Source: an uncultured delta proteobacterium
GTDB taxonomy: Bacteria; Desulfobacterota; Binatia; UBA9968
Direction: 5' to 3'
Length of the DNA: 64,000 bases
NCBI GenBank assembly: GCA_963771465.1
Contig: CAVYTU010000013.1
Location: 1-64,000, forward strand
Below are positions 58,810 to 64,000 of this stretch, piece by piece. The notes below the pieces were generated by a model, which did no database searches, was not told the origin of the DNA, and worked only from the letters and a program-made list of their open reading frames with translations. Numbering within the stretch: position 1 is the stretch's first letter; each line of letters begins with the position of its first letter. Made by a program: the position numbers and the translations under genes.

Positions 58810-59556
58810 TTAGATCCCGCCGCGGTTCCAGGTTTTTCCCGCCTTGATCAGGTTGGCGTAGTAGTTCCATTCGGCCGAGTGGGACAAGCGTTGGCCGCGG
58901 GTAAGCAGTTTCTCCTTGCTGCTCGACAATTGTTCGATGAAATCGCCTGGCACGCCTTTGAAGCCGAACAGTTTCGCCGTCGTCATGATCTTGGCGGTGC
59001 GCTCCATGTACACGGCGTTCATGCAGGCTTCGTCAATCGACTTGCCAACGGCCACAATGCCGTGGCCCTTGATCATCATGCCGTTGGCATTGCCCAAGGT
59101 GCGGGCGAGATCGGCGCCTTCGTCGTCGTCCAAGATATAAATCGGCTGCGGATAGATCGGCACGCCCGTGCCGAAGCGCCCCGATTGCACATGCACGCAA
59201 GAAACTGGAGTGTCGGCGAGACTCATGGCGACGCAGGTCGACGCGTGACAGTGCACCGCGGCGTTGACATCGGGCCGCGCCTTGAAGATTTCCGTGTAGA
59301 TCACTGATTCGCGCGGTGGAGTGCCAACCCCGGCGAGTTTCTTCAGCCCGTAATCGAAATGGACGAGCCAGTCCTTTTTACCTTCTTCGGCCCGGCGAAA
59401 CAGCTGCACGGCGATACCCTTGTTTTCCGGCAGGCGCACGCCGACATGGCCCCAAATATCACCGATCTCCCACTCGAGAATTTTACAGCTGATGTGCAAT
59501 TCCACTTCGATGGTTTTGATGAGCGCACGAGAAGACTTGTTCTTGGTTTGTTTCAT
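58810..59556 (-). CDS. Class II aldolase/adducin family protein
   Basis: WGHVGVR, PPRE..IY..IFKARPDVNAAVHCH, KGHGIVAVG. Confidence 0.85.
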   Translation of the reverse strand: MKQTKNKSSRALIKTIEVELHISCKILEWEIGDIWGHVGVRLPENKGIAVQLFRRAEEGKKDWLVHFDYGLKKLAGVGTPPRESVIYTEIFKARPDVNAAVHCHASTCVAMSLADTPVSCVHVQSGRFGTGVPIYPQPIYILDDDEGADLARTLGNANGMMIKGHGIVAVGKSIDEACMNAVYMERTAKIMTTAKLFGFKGVPGDFIEQLSSSKEKLLTRGQRLSHSAEWNYYANLIKAGKTWNRGGI

Positions 59557-59588
59557 GGATCGTTCCGAGTTGTCGATTGAGCACGTAG

Positions 59589-60872
59589 TTACGACGCGGC
59601 TTTTTTACGCGCAGCATAGGACATCGGGTTTTCCTTGTGCGCCGCGTCGGTCAAGAAGTCAAACTTCTTTTGCCAAGGCAGAGTGCGCGGCACCAAATGG
59701 GCGAAGCAATCGATGTGCGGGAACCAGTTCTGCGCTGGATCGAGCACCCGATGGGGCGGCTCTTTGCCGCCGTTAAGCTCCTTGGCAGTGTTGAGCAGAA
59801 ATCTGCGCACGGCGATGACCGCCTTGTCGCTGACGCCAAGATGTTCTTTAGTGCGGTCGAAAATCGCGCCCATGCTTTCGGTGGCGCAGCCGTCGTGATT
59901 TAGAAAATCGTCAATGCCGGTAAAGCTCGAAGTTTTCTGCTTGTGCCGGTCCTGCAAATAATTGTTACGTGCGTTGCGCACTTTCGTGTAGTCGGGATTG
60001 ATCTGTTTGCGTCGGTGGACTTCGTCGTCGCGCACGGCGCGGCCGCGATGAAAACCGATATCGTAGCGCCAGCAGTGGGTATCGTCGGCCGGCACATAAG
60101 TGTGAATCTCGTAACCTTCAAGTTCGTTGGTCTTGCGGCCAGCCGGGACGCAGCCGTAAACCGGCATGACGAACGCCGAGAACCGGACATAGTGCTGGTC
60201 TTCAAAGTTGCGCGTGGCGATCAAGCGCACGCCAAAGTCGGTATCGTGTGTTTCATAGACCGGCGCGGGATCACCTTTGTAGACCGGTTGGTTACTTTCG
60301 TTAGTAAAGGTCCGGTGCAGAAAAGATAGATGCGACGAATCACATTCGCCCTCCAGACCCTGGAGATAATTACATTCCAACAGACATTTCGTCACATAGG
60401 ATTGTTCCAGCGGCACTTGGGTCCATTCATAATTCGGAAACAACGGCATCTTTTCGCGTGGGCCAAGATAAGCGTAGATCACACCGTTAGCTTCATGGGT
60501 CGGATAGGCGGTGTGATGGAGCTTCTTACCGAAGTCACTGGCGCCAGGCTCCGCTGGAGTTTCCAAAACGTTGCCGTCGACGTCGTACTTCCAGCCATGA
60601 TAAACGCAGCGCAGGCCGCACTCTTCATTCCTGCCGAAAAATAGCGACGTGCCGCGGTGGGCGCAGTGTTCGCCGATCAATCCGATTCGTCCTTGGCTAT
60701 CCCGGAAAGCGACCAGCTCCTCGCCCATCAATTTGACTCGCACCGGCGCACAGTCGATTTGCGGAATCTCTTCGGACAACAGGGCGGGCACCCAGTAGCG
60801 CCGGATGAGATTGCCCATCGGTGTACCGGCGTTAGTTTGGGTGATTAACTCGTTATCTTCTTTGGACAACAT
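59589..60872 (-). CDS. Rieske non-heme iron oxygenase alpha subunit (phthalate 4,5-dioxygenase / LigX-like)
   Basis: CAHRG...LRCVYHGWKYD, CNYLQGLEG..DSSHLSFLH, ESMG...EHLG.SD. Confidence 0.9.
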   Translation of the reverse strand: MLSKEDNELITQTNAGTPMGNLIRRYWVPALLSEEIPQIDCAPVRVKLMGEELVAFRDSQGRIGLIGEHCAHRGTSLFFGRNEECGLRCVYHGWKYDVDGNVLETPAEPGASDFGKKLHHTAYPTHEANGVIYAYLGPREKMPLFPNYEWTQVPLEQSYVTKCLLECNYLQGLEGECDSSHLSFLHRTFTNESNQPVYKGDPAPVYETHDTDFGVRLIATRNFEDQHYVRFSAFVMPVYGCVPAGRKTNELEGYEIHTYVPADDTHCWRYDIGFHRGRAVRDDEVHRRKQINPDYTKVRNARNNYLQDRHKQKTSSFTGIDDFLNHDGCATESMGAIFDRTKEHLGVSDKAVIAVRRFLLNTAKELNGGKEPPHRVLDPAQNWFPHIDCFAHLVPRTLPWQKKFDFLTDAAHKENPMSYAARKKAAS

Positions 60873-60931
60873 GCCGTGCTCCACTGAGGAATTTCAGATT
60901 CCAAATTCCAGATTGAAACATTTAGCAACGT

Positions 60932-61906
60932 CTAAGTGTCGAGCGTGGCGGCGGCGAAGATGTCGTTGGTCGACACTGACTTTCGGATCATGCCTTGATC
61001 GACGTTATATTTGATGAAGGTGTCGATGGTCGACTGGTTGGCTTTGATGCCATACTTCCACGGATCGCCCCAGGCGGCCATCTGTTGCTTCATGGCTTCG
61101 CGCAGGTAGACGACGGAAAAACCGCCACGATCGCTCAGGATATCGTCGTAGGCGAGCGCTTTGGCTTTTTCAAACGCTGCGTAGAACTTGGCCGCGAGCT
61201 CGGGCCGCTCGCGATCGAGTTTGCGGCTCATGACGATCATGTGCACCGGGGTGTAGATGGTGGTTTCGCGGTAAAGCTTTTGATCTTCATTTAAATAATC
61301 GGGAAAGAGACGCTTGATCTTGGGATGGTTTTCCAAATTCTCGAACATCTTGGTATCAGAGATATCGGTGATAATCGCGTCGAGCTCGCCGGCGATTAAC
61401 CGTTGCGACATATTTTTGTTCTCGTCGACGTAGTCGATTGTGACGCTGTTGTCGTGAACGGGAAAAACTTCCTTGGCTTGCAGCACCCAGTGAACTTTCG
61501 CAAAGTCTACGCCGTAGCGTTGTTTCAACAGCCCACGCGCCCAAATGGTCAGCGCGGTGCGGTAGGTGCGCGAGCCGATGCGCTTGCCGGCCAAATCCTT
61601 GGGCGCGTGAATGGCAGAATCCGCATGACAAAAAATCAACTGATAGGCGGGCTTGCGCTTGGAAAAAACCGGCAAGCCGATGATCTCCCAGCCGGCTTCG
61701 ATGGCCGGCAGGAAATAGCCGATGTTCAAATCCATCAGGCCGAAGTCGCCGGCCTTGAGCTTGGGATCTTCTTTGTTGATCATCGACGACGATTTCACCG
61801 GTTTCAACGTGACGCCGTCGATTGGCACGCGTCCTTCGAAAAGCGGCAGGGTGATGTCATAGCGCATCACCGAAAACTCGACTTCGATAGGCTGGTTTGT
61901 GCTCAT
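60932..61906 (-). CDS. 4,5-dihydroxyphthalate decarboxylase-like protein (periplasmic-binding fold)
   Basis: YDITLPL.EGRV, LPVF, PKDLAGKRIG...Y..ALTIWARG.L...YGVD, DPWKYGIKAN; no signal peptide. Confidence 0.72.
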   Translation of the reverse strand: MSTNQPIEVEFSVMRYDITLPLFEGRVPIDGVTLKPVKSSSMINKEDPKLKAGDFGLMDLNIGYFLPAIEAGWEIIGLPVFSKRKPAYQLIFCHADSAIHAPKDLAGKRIGSRTYRTALTIWARGLLKQRYGVDFAKVHWVLQAKEVFPVHDNSVTIDYVDENKNMSQRLIAGELDAIITDISDTKMFENLENHPKIKRLFPDYLNEDQKLYRETTIYTPVHMIVMSRKLDRERPELAAKFYAAFEKAKALAYDDILSDRGGFSVVYLREAMKQQMAAWGDPWKYGIKANQSTIDTFIKYNVDQGMIRKSVSTNDIFAAATLDT

Positions 61907-61963
61907 AGTTTTCTCATACATGTCGCGAAGGATTGTTGCTGTCAAGTGTTACGTCGTGGGCTT

Positions 61964-63106
61964 TCAGCGCAACCCGTGAGCCGCGAACTTTTGCGCGAGT
62001 TGTTGGCCTTGCCCATGCTGTTTGGAAAATAATCTTTTGATCTCCGCGTCGGACACTTGCGCCAGCGCCGGCGGATTCCACTTCGGGTTCTGATCTTTAT
62101 CGATCAAGCGCGCGCGCACGCCTTCGCGAAAATCCGATTGGGCGCAAAAATTGAGCGCCATGTCCCATTCGCGCAGAAAGATTTCGTCGAGTCGAAGGTG
62201 TTTGCCGCCGTTGAGTTGCTCGAAGAGCGCCCGCGCCGAGGTCGGCGAACCGGCGAGATAGCCGTGCGCGGCTTGCTGCATCCATGCGTCCTCGCCGACC
62301 GAGGCGCGCATGGCGTCGTCGATGGCGTTAAGGGTTGGTTGTAACGTAAGTTTTTTGACGCCGTCATGGTGTTTCATGACGGCGGAGTCGCTCAACGAAG
62401 TGGCTTCAGCAAATGTTGCCAAGTACGCGCGCAGGGTTTGTTTGTTCTCGGCGCCATTTGAACTCCAGCGGAGATCGGACAAGCCGGTGAGAATTTCCCC
62501 TTTCTTCGCCGCACCGATGTACAGGTCCGCCATGCCGATGGCGACGGCATCGATGCCGTTGAAGCGTGCTGAAGTCAAACCGAGAAATAGGCCGACGCCG
62601 TCGGGCATGCGATTCAAAAAGTAAGTTCCCCCGACGTCAGGAAATAGACCGATGGCGATCTCCGGCATCGCCATCCTCGTACGCTCGGTGACGACGCGGC
62701 AGGAGGCGCCGTTCATAATACCTATTCCTCCACCCATGGTGATGCCGTCGGCCCAGCATAGGATCGGCTTGGGATAAACATGGATCAGATAGTCGACGAA
62801 ATATTCGCGGGAAAAAAAATCCACGGCGGGTTGGATAGACGAACTGCTATCCAGAATGGCCACCAATGCTTTGACATCGCCGCCGGCGCAGAATGCTTTC
62901 TCCGAATCGGCATGGAGCACCACACAGGCGACGTCGGCGCGCTCACGCCACTCCATCAGCTTGTGCTCCAGAGCTTCGAACATCGCCAATGTCAGGGCGT
63001 TGAGCGCTCGCGGGTTATTCAGGGCAACGATGCCGACGACGTGGCCGCCAGCCCCTTGCTCGGTAAAGGTGAGTTCGTTACACATTTCAACCTCGGGGAG
63101 ATTCAT
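61964..63106 (-). CDS. Enoyl-CoA hydratase/isomerase family, 3-hydroxyisobutyryl-CoA hydrolase-like
   Basis: [57 protein letters not shown]. Confidence 0.9.
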   Translation of the reverse strand: MNLPEVEMCNELTFTEQGAGGHVVGIVALNNPRALNALTLAMFEALEHKLMEWRERADVACVVLHADSEKAFCAGGDVKALVAILDSSSSIQPAVDFFSREYFVDYLIHVYPKPILCWADGITMGGGIGIMNGASCRVVTERTRMAMPEIAIGLFPDVGGTYFLNRMPDGVGLFLGLTSARFNGIDAVAIGMADLYIGAAKKGEILTGLSDLRWSSNGAENKQTLRAYLATFAEATSLSDSAVMKHHDGVKKLTLQPTLNAIDDAMRASVGEDAWMQQAAHGYLAGSPTSARALFEQLNGGKHLRLDEIFLREWDMALNFCAQSDFREGVRARLIDKDQNPKWNPPALAQVSDAEIKRLFSKQHGQGQQLAQKFAAHGLR

Positions 63107-63260
63107 GGATCACGTCCTGATCGCCAAGGGCACAAAAATGTCAGAGCCGGACACTGAAGGTTCGCCGAGTTTGTTCGAAGTACGGTCGCATCGTTCTGGC
63201 GATGCCAGCCTATAGCATGAAATATCAACAGCTTGGCCAATCATCAACGGCACGGACAAG

Positions 63261-63277
63261 TTGGCATATCAATTGCT
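63261..63277 (+). promoter_or_regulatory. Sigma54 (-24/-12) promoter
   Basis: TTGGCATATCAATTGCT has GG-N10-GC spacing and ends 46 nt upstream of ATG 63324. Confidence 0.65.
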
Positions 63278-63323
63278 CAACGACAATGAAGCGAGCGGCT
63301 AATTAACGACAGTGAGGGACAAT

Positions 63324-63524
63324 ATGGAAGCTATAGCGAGCAGTGACAGCTACGAGATTCACCACGAAAACGCGACTTATCAGGCGGTGGTTTGTCACCG
63401 TTGTGGCGCGAAAATGTTTCCCGCTGAATTGCTGGAAGCGCATATGGATCGTCATCAACTCAAAGACATGTACTTGGAAGGCGAACTGAAAAAACTTCAG
63501 TATTCCATGAATCGGATGCGTTAA
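63324..63524 (+). CDS. Small C2H2 zinc-finger-like protein (66 aa)
   Basis: GAGGGA RBS; CHRC-GAKMFPAELLEA-H-MDR-H equals Cx2Cx12Hx3H, followed by an amphipathic helix. Confidence 0.7.
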   Translation: MEAIASSDSYEIHHENATYQAVVCHRCGAKMFPAELLEAHMDRHQLKDMYLEGELKKLQYSMNRMR

Positions 63525-63859
63525 CGATTTTGCCGGCGTGTCGCCGGTCAAACCGTGTTTCCCGAGCGCAGCGTGAGCACTCCTCCTCGGCTCACGTTTG
63601 CTGCATTACCCCCAGGGTGTCCCCTCTCCCCAAAGGGGACACCCTTTTCCCCTTAAATTCGGCCAGTCTCTTTCCAGATCCAATCAGCATCGTGGTCATC
63701 CCGGTGCCACGAGCAGCGCCGCGTGTTCCTGCTTGTGAACATCCATGTTCTTTGAACGATTCTAATTCGAGCCATCGCAAGACTGCTCGCTTGTCGCCGC
63801 TGGTGAAATTGACAAGCGACCAATGCCTTGTTAACCAATGACGTTCGTTGGAGAAGACT

Positions 63860-64000
63860 TTGTACGCGGTTCGCATGCACGGCTACGGCGGTATCGAGCA
63901 ACTTTTTTTTGAAGAGGCCGATCAACCTACCATCGCAGAACCCACTGATGTGATCGTCAAGCTGAAAGCGGCGGCGATCAATCATATCGATATTTGGAAC
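63860..64000 (+). CDS. MDR-family oxidoreductase (quinone reductase/alcohol dehydrogenase-like), 3'-partial
   Basis: GGAG RBS and TTG start: MYAVRMHGYGGIEQLFFEEADQP...DVIVKLKAAAINHIDIWN. Confidence 0.8.
   Translation, partial: MYAVRMHGYGGIEQLFFEEADQPTIAEPTDVIVKLKAAAINHIDIWN

Overview
GC-rich bacterial chromosomal segment. The gene content (many NMT1/THI5-type binding proteins, amidohydrolases and aromatic-catabolism enzymes) is reminiscent of Candidatus Binatia/deltaproteobacteria-like soil or sediment genomes, but that assignment is inference only. The left end (1-10 kb, minus strand) holds a zinc-ribbon/adenylate cyclase/STAND ATPase/TPR gene directly upstream of an NRPS locus (A-T didomain, then C-A(Gly)-T-C running off the window). 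The rest is a catabolic and transport patchwork: GMC oxidoreductase, ComDE-like ThDP decarboxylase, tcuAB, salicylate-type adenylating enzyme with an FAD monooxygenase, a Rieske oxygenase with a dihydroxyphthalate-decarboxylase-like protein, six amidohydrolases, ten solute-binding proteins with no permease, and housekeeping genes (trmJ, UvrD-family helicase, rfbD, sugE/gdx). The strongest hidden signal is an AhpD/CMD-family gene that the ORF track splits in two at an in-frame TGA. That TGA sits in a CxxU motif and is followed by a SECIS-like hairpin, so the product is probably a selenoprotein (17149-17739). Also notable are several families of periodic palindromic intergenic repeats (one copy inserted in frame in the NRPS), a small C2H2 zinc-finger protein behind a sigma54-like promoter, enzymes lacking catalytic cysteines, and five single-base frameshifts that look like assembly indels. 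No rRNA, tRNA, CRISPR array or transposase was seen.
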